Positions 36,030-48,844 of a stretch of 64,000 bases of DNA are shown piece after piece. The first letter of the stretch is position 1, and every line of letters begins with the position of its first letter. Under the pieces are notes generated by a model. That model worked only from the letters and a program-made list of their open reading frames with translations. It was not told the DNA's origin and made no database searches. This DNA is from Ginglymostoma cirratum (Eukaryota): contig JAHRHZ010000012.1 in assembly GCA_024137785.1 (NCBI GenBank), positions 27,760,138 through 27,824,137 of the forward strand, in the 5' to 3' direction. The position numbers and the translations under genes were made by a program.

Positions 36030-36585
36030 ACTTAGAGTCATACAGCACGAAAACAGACCCTTTGGTCCAACTCTTCCATTCTGACCAGAGATCCCAATCT
36101 GACCTAGTCCCATTTGCCAGCATTTGGCCTATAACCCTCTAAACCTTTCCCATTCATATACCTATCCAGACGCCTCCACCACCTCTCCAGCAGCTCATTT
36201 CATACATACACCACTCTTCGCGTGAAAACGTTGCCCCTTTAAGTCCTTTTTAAACCTTTCCCCTCTCACTTTAAACTGATGCCCTCTAGTTTTGGGCTCC
36301 CCACCGTAGGGAAAAAGACCTTGGCTGGTCACCGTATTCATGCATCTCATGATTTCATAAGCTTCTATAAGGTTACTCCCTCAGCCTCTGGCATTCCAGG
36401 GAAGAAAAGCCCCAGCCTATTCAGCTTCTCTTTTTCCAGTCTATTTTTATATCTCAAACCCTCCATTCCCAGCAACATCCTGGTAAATCTTTGCTGAATC
36501 GTCTCCATTGTAATAATATCCTCCCTATAACAGAACAATCAGAACTGCACACAGTACTCCAAGAAGATGTCTCACCAACGTCCTG
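36030..36585 (-). mobile_element. CR1 3' end
   Basis: 'agagtcatacagcacgaaaacagaccctttggtccaac..aaacctttcccctctcactttaaac', the same family as 4005-4350 and 61535-61850. Confidence 0.9.
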
Positions 36586-37089
36586 ATGATTATTTTTAAA
36601 TTTGTGAATTATGCCATCAATTTAGAGTTGCAAAATGCTATTTTGCACACGAGGCTAAAAGCATTTTGAAGATTCTCCTTCATGGCAAAGTTGACTAGAA
36701 GCTGCCTTAAGACAACTGTGCTGTAAAATAGCGAGAATTTGTTGTACCATTATCAGTCCACATCAAGTGAGAAGCTGCAAATTCTGGCATTGAACTCCAG
36801 TTTCCCTGCTTGTTAATTATGGTTCTAACATTTTATTCCAGATCTATTGATTGAATGTAAATACCTCCAACTGTAAGGTCAGATTTGAACTTGCATCCCC
36901 TGACCATTGGATTATTAGATTAGTCTTCCCACTGCTCTGTATTTGTATGTAAAAAGTCCTGGTGGGAAACTTACATTGCCTTTTTTAAAGGAATAGAAAG
37001 TGCAAAATAATAAAAATAGCAGCAATAGCTAAATGAATGTAAAAACATTAGGTGCACACTGGAAAACTGAAATGACTGCTTTTGTTTAA

Positions 37090-37370
37090 ATTGTTAGTTT
37101 GTGGAATTTGGGTACTGCTGGCAAGGCCAGTCTTCGTTACCAATCCCTAACTGGCTTTGGAAAGCTGGTGGTGAGTCACCTTTTTGAACACTGCTGTCCA
37201 TGTGATGTAGGCAGACTCAATGTTGTTGGAGGGGGAGTTCAGGATTTTTACCTGGCGATGATTAAGGGGCAGCCATGCAGTTCCAGGTCAGGATGGTGAG
37301 TGGCTTGGACGGGAACTTGCAGGTGGTCACATTTCAATGCATCCGCTGCCCTTGTTCACCTACGCTTGCC
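37090..37370 (-). mobile_element. Family-B 3' end
   Basis: 'gctggcaaggccag..caatccctaactggctttggaaagctggtggtgagtcacc', the reverse complement of the family-B tail. Confidence 0.8.
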
Positions 37371-40300
37371 CTGCCAACTTTTATGTCATCCACCCGTCTT
37401 CATTTAACGGATTACTGGTAAAAGTGGATGATACTAGCTGACTGTTATGTTCAACATTCATAGTCTTTTCATATTTAATAAAGGACTTGGGGCAAAAGCA
37501 TACAGTTATAATTCAGGTTCTGTTGCTAAGTTTTGTTTTACATGTGTCTACAATTTGATGAATTATGATCCGATGGAAAAAGTGCACAAAAGACTTTGCA
37601 AATATGTGTCACAATTCTACAGTTCAGGGTTTGATAATCAGGCTAACAGCCGTAAAACAATTTTTTTTCTTTACATCTCGTTAAAGCGGAAACAGCATCT
37701 TTGCAACCTTGGGATAGAGATGTCACTGGGTTCAGTTCCTACAGGTCTGCAGGTCGGGGTGGAGGGTGGGGGTTGTGGTCATGTGGACCAGCTCATGTAG
37801 AACACCCAGAGGACAGAGAAGGACAGCAGCTCCAAGCCAATAAGAAGTCAATGTGCCAATACAGCACCTAGCCCAACAAGGCAGTTAGTTATTTTACTCA
37901 TCTAGTAAACAGTAATATTGAAAACTGGCCGCTTAACAAATAATCCGGTTGTCAGATCATAGGTTTGAGACACTACTTGTTTTATGACTACGGACAAATT
38001 ATGAAGAATATGAAGGCCTGCATAGTTTTGATTGTGGATGGTTCTTCCCCTCTAGCTCTATCCTCTCAATCATTTTAAGTAGCAGCCTACGATGCATGAT
38101 CGACTTGAAAAGCTCCTATTATCTCTGCAACTTTGGAATAGTGCCATCAGATGCCACCTTTTTTTCTTGCTGTTGCTCTGAATGAAGTAGTGTGTGATTC
38201 CACTAAGTTTCTAGTCCAAGAGCTTACTCTTTGCATTCTAACCTTCACAAAATATTTTAGATGCAACAGGTACTAGGAAGACAATTAGAGTAACAAATTC
38301 CAGTCATATTGAACACTTTGCTGCATCTTGCTTTCAAATTAAACGAAGAAACATACTGAAAGCGAACACTGTATTACAGAATCAGAGTAAGAAAGTTGTT
38401 ACGGGGTTAAATAGTCAACAAGCGATGTCTGCCAGCTTTCTATCCCATGACCATTTTTATGCCATTCACATGGGCACATTCCATTTCATCACTTCTTTTC
38501 CCCCCACACACACATTTTCTCTTCCTTACCCCTTCATCTTACAGATGCTTTTCTATTCCTTTCAATTTTTGCTCAGTAAGTGATCATAATAGAGTATTAC
38601 CATCTTCAACGGCTAACTGCCAAGTTCAGCTTCAAACCTTCGCCTGTTTTACATCCTGTTAATTAAGTTTCTGAATCTGACCAAAAACGCACAATTAATC
38701 TGGCTTTCAGGGACACAGAATGCGAATAAAACAATCCACGTTCAACTTCAGGCTGTTAAATGCTACGTTGCCAGGAACTAGAATTTGAGTTGTGTGGAAG
38801 GCTCATCAGCAGCACGAGACACTTGAAAACCACAAGCCAGAGTGTTCTGGAAGCATCCAGTTCATACCACCACCCTTGGCTTTAGCAATCTGGGCTGCAT
38901 GCATATTGCTGCCTTGAATGACATCATTGAAACATCGACGTAACAAAGAAAGAGGGAGTGGGGTGGAGGGGGGGGGGTGAAAACAGACTTCTAACTAGAT
39001 TCAACATGCAAAAATCCAGTACACTTTTGCAGCTTTCGCTATCCTCTAGACTACCGACCAATGGTTAATCCCAAAGGTTTGTACCGCATGATTTAATAAA
39101 TTCTTGCTGTTGTTCAAAAGAAACATCTGTTTCACTTAGGAGGCAGGATTCTAGGAAAAGATCTACCACACAATCATAGAATTAGTTCACCATTATGTAA
39201 GAGACATATAAAGAGAGAATACACAACAGGATTAGGCAAAGTTCTCACTTCAGTAAGAGAGGGGGGCAGAAAGGAGACAGGCAGAGAGAATGAGAGTGAG
39301 AGAAAAAGACAGACTTGTGGGGTCTTGGGCTGATTTTGCTACCAATCATCATGTTTTCCCATCATCAATAATGAACAAAACAGCAGTACTACAATCTGGT
39401 AATACAAGTTAAATTAGGCTTTGACTCGGCAACAGTGGCATAGCCACATAACACAATCTGGGCTCAAGCCAAGAATTTTCCAGTCTCAATTGTACAATCA
39501 TATGGAGGCCAGAAGTTTCACACAAGGAGGCAATAGCTCTCTTAATTCACTAAGGAAACCCCCACTGCTGGACAGATGACTCAGTAGATCTTAACATGTT
39601 TCAAATTAACTTTTCTGCCAACGATGAAAACGCTTAACCTTGGGGGATTAAAAAAAGCAGTAATTTAGAGCCGGCAGTTGCAGCATTAAGTCTACCACTC
39701 ACCAGTGTAAAACTATACCTCTGGGTTTAGACACCAAGCAAAAAGTGTGGAATTGTTTAATAATTGAACCTCACTGCTCTTTCAATGGAAAGAGCCATTG
39801 CATTATTCACTTTTGTCACATTTTAAAGCTTCACAAACTCATGACTAGCTACAGGAAAAGGCAAAAGGTTCAAATTTCACCAGAAATGTCGTCAAACTAG
39901 CAAATCTCATGACAAAACTGGCAAGACAGCTTGGCTGCAGGTTAAAATTCAGTGAACCATAATATTTGGGAAAAGTACCTTAAGAGAAATGCATTTATAG
40001 ATATCTTTTTGTAACAAATACTAATTCAAACATTATTGCCAGGCATTGAAAGACGGTTTTAAATTTGAGGACTGTATCATCATGAAATTCTAAAAATCTA
40101 ACATAGTAATTCTACCTATGCAAAGATGATTTTTAAACATGGATTAATAATACAAAACAAACAATCTCCAGTCTGTTGTCTCTGACACAGATCTGTATCA
40201 AGATGGTAAAGCTGCCAAAGAAAAAGCTACTGCCCACGTGAAGAATGACCTTGGTGCATTGATTTAATGGATTTTACCCACAGCATTGGTAAAAGCTGGC

Positions 40301-41894
40301 ATCAGACACCAGGCACTTTGTGGGTAAGGGGAATGGATTTTTAAAAAGTATTTCATTCTTAATTGCTGGAATGCACTGCAATGGTATTCTAACATACCAG
40401 CACCTTTGGGACCATCGAGTCAATCGTCACCTTTAACGTAAATAGCGATTCAGATGAATTCGATGGGAAGGGCTTTAGTAAGTTTGCAATACTTTTGCTT
40501 TAGGCCAACTGTAGTAAATGGGAGGATATGTGCAATGGTAATGCAATTATTATAACAGGAAGGGTGTGAAAAACTCTTGAAAAGTGTAACCTCATATGTC
40601 AAGAGCATAACATAATTGATTCAGTTTACAAATCTCAGTTGAACAGCTTGCAATAAAGAATAGCTATAGTCAAAGAAGTCACGAATGCTAGATTTACATT
40701 GTTAGGTGAGTTGGGGGGTCGGGGGGGGGGGGGGGGGAAGAAAAAGTAAGTTGCAGTGAAAGTTCGATTTAAAATACATTAACTACTTACCCAATCGTAC
40801 TGTCAGCTGATGTCCAGCGAGTCCTAAACATTGAATCAATAACCAGTTGTCAAATCACATTAGCTAGTCACCACTTCGAATCTAAAGGTCATAATAGGGA
40901 GGCAGCTGACAATGAATCATTTTTGCAGCAACCATCTGAAACTTTAGTGAGGGAAATGAAGGCGGAAACGAAGGCATAAAGGAATAGCTCACTGCCAGAA
41001 TTAGTCTAAAGCAAAACTACGGGCTCAATTTTCTCTGAAGAGTTGATAACTGGAGATTAAATGCAACAATAAAACTTCCTTAATTTTTAAAGGTGGTATC
41101 AATTCTGAATGAAAGACTATTTCAGATCATAGAAATATCTTCGGACCAACACAGGGCTTGCACCTACATGTAACATCCAAGATACTTACGTAGATCAGCC
41201 CAAGGTGAAAGTGCCAGCAATGTCAGGTGCATCACTTGGCAGGACTAAACAAAATCCAGGCCTAAGGGCAGAGATCAGTGATTAAGAATAACATTTTAGA
41301 CAGTCTGCTGTATCTTGTGCTTTAAATGAACATTGCCACCTACACATTGCGATACAGGTTTGAAGTATCTCAGGCAGTCAATGCCTGCACATTCTCTGTA
41401 TCCAAGGCGGTTTTCTCCTTAGCTCTAAAGTTTTACAGCTCCTGATGTAGACTTTATTTGTATCTGTATATTATTCTTAATCAAATACAAGTCTTTAGTG
41501 AAATGTTCAAGACCTCTCTCTCTCTCACCACATGCTTATTCTAGACTGGTGTGTCTTCTTTCATACTGATATCAGAATCATGAAATTCCTGTAAACCATG
41601 AGGCAACTGATCACTTTAGATCATATCTCCATAAATTTCTCTCTACCCCATCTACATTATTCCAAAGAGCTCACTTTGATGTACTTACATAGTCTTTGTA
41701 ATCACCGTCACCGTTAGTAGCATTAATTCCATTATCACTCATCACCCACTTGCTCAAAAATGTGCATCTCTCAGGTTGACAGAATATCCAGGTGTCTTCA
41801 ATTTGGCCAGCGTTCCCTGCAGGACGATGGTGCTCTGTACTCTGGCTTGTGTAGGTATGCTGTCCCATACTGTATAATAACCACAATAGAGCTC

Positions 41895-42075
41895 ACTCCT
41901 CGAGGTTGTCGACTTGCTCACCGAGCCGGTTTGTTTTTGTTCAGACGTTTCGTCAACATGCTGAATGACATCATCAGTGGAGCCTCCGATGAAACGATGT
42001 TATTCCACTCCGCTTGGAATTTATACTGTCCGGCCCATTACGGTGAGTAGTGACTTTTCTGGTTTTGATCTCATT
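41895..42075 (-). mobile_element. Penelope terminal-repeat fragment with hammerhead motif
   Basis: Minus strand reads CCA-CUGAUGA-U-GUCA..UGAC-GAAAC-GUC-UGA (41941-41980) inside a CpG-richer segment typical of elasmobranch Penelope ends. Confidence 0.75.
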
Positions 42076-43633
42076 CCTTGGCTTGAGTGAGATCAATGCC
42101 TTCTTGTTCACTCTAAATGACTTCAGACGTTTTGACAAAATAAATTCTCGGTTGATCCGTTTGTCAGATGACTGTGGCTTCTGACCTTCCTGTCCCTTAA
42201 CCAGACTTAGTGCCCTGACTAAGTTTCCATCTTGTGTTTAGAGTTGTACCACTGCAGCTATTTATTTGTTAAAGCTGTTTTATGCTTGTGGCCTTCAGAA
42301 TTTGCGTTTGGCTTCATGTTGTGTTTTAGAATTGGTACATCTGTTTTTATCCTCCTTCACATGAAGCAATAGTGCTGGCTAGCACCCATTGCTGAACATA
42401 GTTCCTCCAAAACGGAGCAGAGCTAATTCCCAGTCTGGATTCTTATGTAGTGACTTCACAGTCTTGACTGCGCTTTCTTCCAGTGTTTGACTGAGAACTT
42501 GTCACCTATTTGATGCCTACCTCCAAAGACTGAACTTAAAATGCTCACTCACAAATGGGAGATCTATTCTCCAATACTAAATTCTTCTAGGAAACCTTGA
42601 AACATGAGCATCCTTTCCCGATAAAAGTAATTGTCTCTAAAAAGGTACTTAGCTGTGCATTATACACATTTAACATGACAAAATTCAATCCCATATGCTT
42701 TAAAGTGCTGGTTTATCACACTGGTCGTTGCATTCTTGCTACATAGATGTCCAATGCAAAAGATCCAGAGGATTTCTCTTCACATTAACTTTGGTTGGAT
42801 TATTGTATGATCAGACACCAGTAAATCTTCCACGATTGGCAGGTATTGCTCCTGCTCCTGGTACACTGGACTACGTTTCAACCAGCCTTGCAGATTTGGG
42901 TCTCCTACCTTTGTACGCTCCTGGTCAGATTTCTCAGCTGCACAAACTGGCCAGAGTCTGCTGTCACTTGCTTGTAAAGTATTGGTTAAAAGCATGGAAT
43001 TGTCAGAGAATTGCAATCTACTTCTGCAACATTAAGTAATCTTTTTCTGCTCAATTCACAGCTGTTCTCGAGTGTATATTTGCCATTACCGGTACTTTGC
43101 CTGAACACGTGCTATACAATTGATGCATCCCATCAGCCGAAGCCCAATTCTTTTCATGTGTAGAGGTTTTTTTTTTGTTTTTTTTTGAGATTTCTTTCAA
43201 TCCCAACAATATTACAAAAAGCTTGAAGTCTGTCTCAATATTTCAGTTACATGAGGTTGGCTGCAAGCCTTTCAAATTGCATATGATTGTTAACATTTCA
43301 TCCTCCATGGTTTTGTAATTCTGTTCAGTCTTTGTCAAAACTAACAAAATAAATAGATAAGTTTTAGTGTTCCATCAGTTTGCACTTGAACAAGGACTGT
43401 TCTTGGCTCTGTGGATGACATAATCGCAGTTTTAGTGGAATATACGCCTACTTTCAATCCACTAAAACATCGACAGTAACCAGCTTCTCTTTGATATCTT
43501 CAAAAGCTCAGGCTCTTCCTGACTCCAATCCCACTGATTTTTTTTTTTCAGAAAGATCTCTTGTGGGCTGATTACTATTAGGCCATTTGGGGATAAAGTT
43601 TCCTAAATGATTCTCCAAGTATAATCAGTATGT

Positions 43634-43735
43634 CATTCTGAGGAAGGGTCACTGAACCCGAAACATTAACTCCGTTTTCTCCTCCACAGATGCTGCCAGA
43701 CCTGCTGAGCTTTTCCAGCAACTTTGTTTTTGTCA
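43634..43735 (+). mobile_element. Penelope-derived insert with hammerhead motif
   Basis: att-CTGAGGA-agggtcactgaaccc-GAAAC-att-aac followed by 'cacagatgctgccagacctgctgagcttttccagcaac'. Confidence 0.8.
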
Positions 43736-43809
43736 TTTATGAACTTTGGTGCCCAGAATTGATTAATGGCTCATCTTCCTTGGATCTACCTTGGGAAACA
43801 GTGACAGGA

Positions 43810-44612
43810 CTGGCCAGTCAGCATGGATTTTCAAAAGGGAAAATCTTGTTTGACAAATCTACCAGACTTCTTTGAGGGTGAATGAGTAGAGCTGATCAGG
43901 GAAAACCAGTGGATGTGGTTCACTTAGACTTTCAGACGGCTTTCAACCAAGTCCCACATAAGAGATTAGTGTGTAAAACTAAAGCACATGGGATGGGGGG
44001 GGAGGGTAGGTGGACTGGGGTTGGTGGGGTAGCGTATTAAGATAGATAGAAAATTAGTTTGTATACAGGCAACAAGAGGATAAAGGAACAAAATGGAACT
44101 TTTTCCAAAGGCATGTAGTGACTAGTGAAGTACCACAGAGATCAGTGTTTGTGCCCCAGCTATTCACAATATATATTAATGATTTAGACAAGGGAACTAA
44201 AATGCAATAGCTCAAAATTTGCAGATGACACAAAGATGGGTGGGAGGGTGAGCTGTAAAGAGGACGCAGAGATGCTTCAGCGTGAGTTAAACAAACTGAG
44301 TTAGTGGGCAAATGCATAACACATGCAGTATAATGATGTGGATAAATGAGAGGTGATCCAATTTGGGATCAAAAGAACAGGAAGGCAGATTATCTGAATG
44401 GCTACAAATTGAGAGAGGGGAAAAGTGCAACGTGACCTGGGTGTCCTCGTATATCACAGTCATTGAGGGTAAGCATACAGGTGCAACAGGCCGTAAAGAA
44501 GGCAAATTATACTTTGGCTTGCATCGCGAGAATATTACAGTATCGGATCATGGTGAGTGGCAAAGCAAGCGAGGGTCTGAATAGACTATTCCTGCTCCTA
44601 TTTTTCTATGAT
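43810..44612 (+). mobile_element. CR1 RT fragment with 3' tail, inserted in Gypsy
   Basis: SQHGFSKGKI.., LDFQTAFNQVPH, LFTIYINDLD, KFADDTKMGG, and tail 'tgaatagactattcctgctcctatttttctatg'. Confidence 0.9.
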
Positions 44613-44664
44613 GCCTTATTCTTGGACAAGTCGTCCTAAGATCATGATCATAATCATCATCTGG

Positions 44665-44772
44665 ATGATAATGGAATAGTGTAGGTTAGATGGGCTTCAG
44701 ATTGGTTTCACAGGTCGGCGCAACATCGAGGGCCGAAGGGCCTGTACTGCGCTGTAATGTTCTATGTTCTAT
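44665..44772 (+). mobile_element. Young-looking CR1 3'UTR terminal fragment
   Basis: 'ggtcggcgcaacatcgagggccgaagggcctgtactgcgctgtaatgttctatgttctat', with CpGs retained. Confidence 0.9.
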
Positions 44773-45619
44773 CTAGAAAGTGGTATTTCTCATTTAGTGC
44801 AAGGCTTGCATTTTGTAGTCCCCATCTCGCTAATTATGTTGATTTTTCATTTTACCATGTTCTGAATATTATCCTGTGGTAAATAGCTTCCTGTTTCCCT
44901 TACGGGACTCTAGACATTTCCCTTTGGAAAATCTCTGGTGTACAGGAGAGCCCAAATGGCAGATGGTTGAAGCAATACTACTGAAATGGTTTAATAAACA
45001 TTGTCAGCAATCTTAAATCTTGGTCCGGAGATCTGCCAGAATCCAGCTTTGTGAAAAACTTACTTGTTGCAAATTTTGCCAAACTATCATCAGCTGAAAT
45101 AGATTGGATTCCCTTCTTATCCCTTTGTTTGATGAAATGAGATCCACGCACAATTGTGTTCGCCATGTGTCTTGTGGACAGTTAGTAACTCCAAGTACCA
45201 ATTTCTCAGTTGTATTACTGGCAATATCACCCTGTTATAATCAGTGAGAGATATAGTCTTCAGAAGTTTTATTCTTCAGCCAGTCTTCTCCTTTAAAAAT
45301 GTGTTTCTTATCGTCAAAGTTTTCTAAGGTCTTGGCTTGACTTCAGAGTCATTTTTTTAAAAGCGTAGCTAAACCTTCAAAGTCTTCAGAGGTGTGGTCC
45401 TGTCTTTAGGGTCTTCTCTAGGCAGCTCTGTCCTTTGGATTTTACTTTAACTTCAGCTCCTAGCTCTCAAGGTTTTTTTTTCCTTCTCTAACTGGCACCA
45501 TACTTTATCTTGTGCTTTGAACCTAAACTGCTACTTGCACATTGTGATACTAGTTTAGAGTACCTCAGGCTGTGGGAGTCTACATATACACTGAGCCCAA
45601 AGCAGCTTGTTGGAATTGT

Positions 45620-46690
45620 CCCGTTGCTTTTTGTGGACAAGACATGTCTGGACAGTTTTCCACATTGTTGGGTGGATTTTGGAACAGCTTAGCTCAGGGC
45701 ACAGCTACTTCTGAAGCACAAGTCTTGACTACCATTTCGGGAATATTATCAAGAACCTTAACCCTTGCAGTATCTAATCTCTTCAGTCATTTGTTGATAT
45801 CAAATGGAGTGAATCATATTGGTTGATGACTGACATCTGAGATACTGGCAGCCTCAGGAATAGGCTGAGATAATCATCCACTCAGCACTTTTGGCTAATG
45901 ACCGTAAGTGCTTCAGCCTGGTCCTCTGCACTGATGTAATGACAGTGCTGCTCCATCATTGAGGATAGGGATATTTGTGGTGCCTTGTTCACCACTATTC
46001 ACAACTGGATAGGACAAGACTGCAGAGCTTAGGCCCGATCCAGTGAGCAAAACATCGTTTAGTTCTACCTATTGTATGTCAAGCAGTGCAATTAGCCTCA
46101 TGTGCAGCTTCACCACGCTTGCACCACATGTTTAAGTACACTGGCTGCACCTAGCATTTCCTCCTGCACTCATCATTAAACAAAGTTGATCTCCGTAAGA
46201 TTCTTTAGCCGGAGTGTTTTTTTTTGGGAGGTTGTGGGTTGGTAATCAGCAGGCGGCTTCCTTGCACATATTTGATCTGATGCAATGGTCAGTGTTGAGG
46301 ACCAGAGCAATCCCTTCCTGACTACATACCATTAGTGGATCGGTTTTATTGTTAGGACAAGGCATACCTGGAAGCAGTGGCAGTGGTGTCTGGAATATTG
46401 TCTGTAATGTATGATTCCACAAGAATGTCTAGGTCAAGCTGTGGCTCACTAGTATGTGATACAGCAGAGTAGCTTATTAGGCTATTCAAGAGTCAACACC
46501 ATTGCTGTGGATCATGTGTCACATGTAGGTCTGGCTTGGCAAGAATGGCAGGTTTACTTCTCTGAAGTTAGTGAACCAGAAGTATTTTTAAAATTACAAA
46601 TTGACAATGGTCACCATTATATTACTTTATAATTCCAGTTTCTTTTTAAAATGAGTTGAATTAAAGATTTCACCATTTGTCAATGATCTA
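45620..46690 (-). mobile_element. Family-B LINE 5' half, degenerate
   Basis: Reverse complement of the 19400-20850 region ('gatttcaccatttgtca', 'gtcacatgtaggtc', 'catccactcagcacttttggct'). Confidence 0.7.
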
Positions 46691-46904
46691 CGAGTATACA
46701 AACAAAAAGCTACAGAGTGTGGGACTAGGGTGAACTGCTGTTCACATTTGGCACAGACCTGTTGGGCTGAATAACCTTATTCTGTTCTGTAAATTTCAAT
46801 GATACCATATTTCTCTCATATTGAAGATGGTCACGGACAATACCTGAATAGTGAAGATATTTGGTAACAGTTATGAGTCAGAGTGTAGCGATATCACCTA
46901 GATC

Positions 46905-47205
46905 CACGGTGTCTCAGTGGTTAGCACTGCTGCCTCACAGCACCAGGGCCCCGGGTTCGATTCCAGCCTCGGGCGTCTGTGTGGAGTTTGCACATTCTCC
47001 CCGTGTCTGCGTGGGTTTCCTCCGGGTGCTCCGGTTTCCTCCCACAGTCCAAAGATGACGTGCAGGTTAGGTGGATTGGCCATGCTAAATTGCCCGTAGT
47101 GCTGAGGTGGGTTGTTGTGGGGGGGGGGGGAATGCTCTGAGGTTCGGTGTGGACTTGTTGGGCCAAAGGGCCTGTTTCCACACTGTAGGGATTCTAATTC
47201 TAATC
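46905..47205 (+). mobile_element. HE1 SINE (tRNA-derived V-SINE), full length
   Basis: A-box 'tgtctcagtgg', B-box 'ggttcgattcc', V-domain 'gtggagtttgcacattctccccgtgtctgcgtgggtttcctccgggtgctccggtttcctcccacagtccaaag', and tail 'gggattctaattctaat'. Confidence 0.95.
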
Positions 47206-48844
47206 CTACCACACGAAAACATGGGCTGATTTATTATTGGAGAATATGTTAATGGAACTACATACTGTTTAAGAATTATTTGTGAACACTCTAGGTAGCT
47301 AAATCTTTTGATCACTGTGATATTTGACAGAAATAACAATTCCTCTCGCACTTAAAAAGACTTGTCAGAGCCTATGTGAAACTAAACACAAACTCTTTGA
47401 AGAATACATATTTAAAGGGTGACTATTTTCAAAGCAAAGACTACTATTTTTGTCTAGGTGGCTTATCAGTAATGAGTTTAATCTGGTGATTAGGATCACA
47501 CACATCTTTAACCCCCTTTGCATATTGCTTCAAATACAAGATGTACATGTTTACAATTCAACAGGTAAAAATCCATTTGTGTTAGTGCCAGGTTGAATAC
47601 TGACACAATCACATGGAATAATTGTGTATTGTTTGTTGCTATTAAGAGGTAACTAAAAATGCACCCAAGTAAAGAAAAGATAACAATGCTGTACAATTAA
47701 TTCAGTTAATAACAAAAATACTGATGAGGTTACTTCCGGTTGCAAATGTGCACTGGTTGCTGGTGCAGTCATTAACCACAACAGTGACGGCATGCCATTT
47801 ACCACAGCGTTCAACTGAAAGACATTCTAGCCAACTGCAAAACAGCAAGTCTACAACACAAATAAAAAAAAGTCTGGATATTGCTAAGGATGGGCTCTTC
47901 TTCACTGGGTCTGGAACATGAAGAACACTTCAATTTTCACAAAAATCACAAGTGATATATTTGAACAAATGAAGTTAACTGTAAATGTCTTGTCAAGCAA
48001 CAAACTTAGTGACATCTCCTCAACTAACATTTCAAATGCACACAACCAGCTTCTTCCCCTTTGAAGATTTACTTGTGAATGAGCTGTAACCATTCCACAA
48101 GGAAATTAGGCTAAATGTTCAACTTATTTCACCCATGAGCCACAAATAGCACCTCAAAGATTTGACCTTTGGTCATTTTGTCAGAAAGGCTACAGTATCA
48201 TAACACGAGATTTGGCAACTTATGTCTCACTCTCCCAGTGGCTCAGAAAGGCACTTCTGTTAATATGGTGAAAGGAAACAGGTGTGAATTTCAGTTTCTC
48301 AATGTTTATGATAAATTTTACAATGTTAAGCATTCGGCATGAAAACAATTTTGTTAATATCATGCCAGACTTCATTGCTTGCTCTGTAAATTGTGTAAAA
48401 TTGCACCTATTGTTTTACTTTTAATAATTAACATAACACCGGATAACTTTTCAATTCAAGTACTTGTGTCATCTGGATTTAAGCCAAGTCTACTCAAAAG
48501 CATTTACAAAGCTATTTCCCATTCCAATTATATGAAACAAAAACTATATATTTCACCCAAGGCAAAATAAAAATAGCAAAATGAGAAAGGATACTATTTC
48601 CAAATTGTACTAATCAAAATGTCTTTTCAATTTCAGTATAACGTTTCAAACTTCCTGGGTGCATCACAAAATCATCTTTGTAACATGGCATTAGATCAGA
48701 GAACACTTGCTTTAACTCCTCAAAGCAGATAATCCTTGTCTATAAATCACCGGTTCAGGTATCATTAAGTCTAAGAGGAAAAATGGCTTTGTATCCGCCC
48801 GAGCCATTGTCTGAATATTTATTTTCAAAACTTTAAGTCTTTAA

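Larger units (their letters stand above)
42080..45500 (-). mobile_element. Fossil Ty3/Gypsy pol (RT-RNaseH-integrase), interrupted by later inserts
   Basis: Minus translation gives LCVDL (~45140), DDSLAKFATSKFFTKLD, YCFNHLPFGLSCTPEIFQREMS (44912-44977), NHLGNFIP (~43590-43615), IETDFKLFVILLG (~43200-43240) and EDLLVSDHTII (~42800-42830). The domain order is Gypsy-type. Confidence 0.85.

Noticed and set aside
46905-46975. tRNA gene
   Set aside because: The A and B boxes belong to the SINE head and there is no complete cloverleaf.
46861-47351. Overlapping ORFs containing 'LHVIFGLWEETGAPGGNPRRHGENVQTPH'
   Set aside because: These are translations of the HE1 SINE, a familiar source of spurious proteins. 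The same applies at 9689-10035 and 59240-59532.
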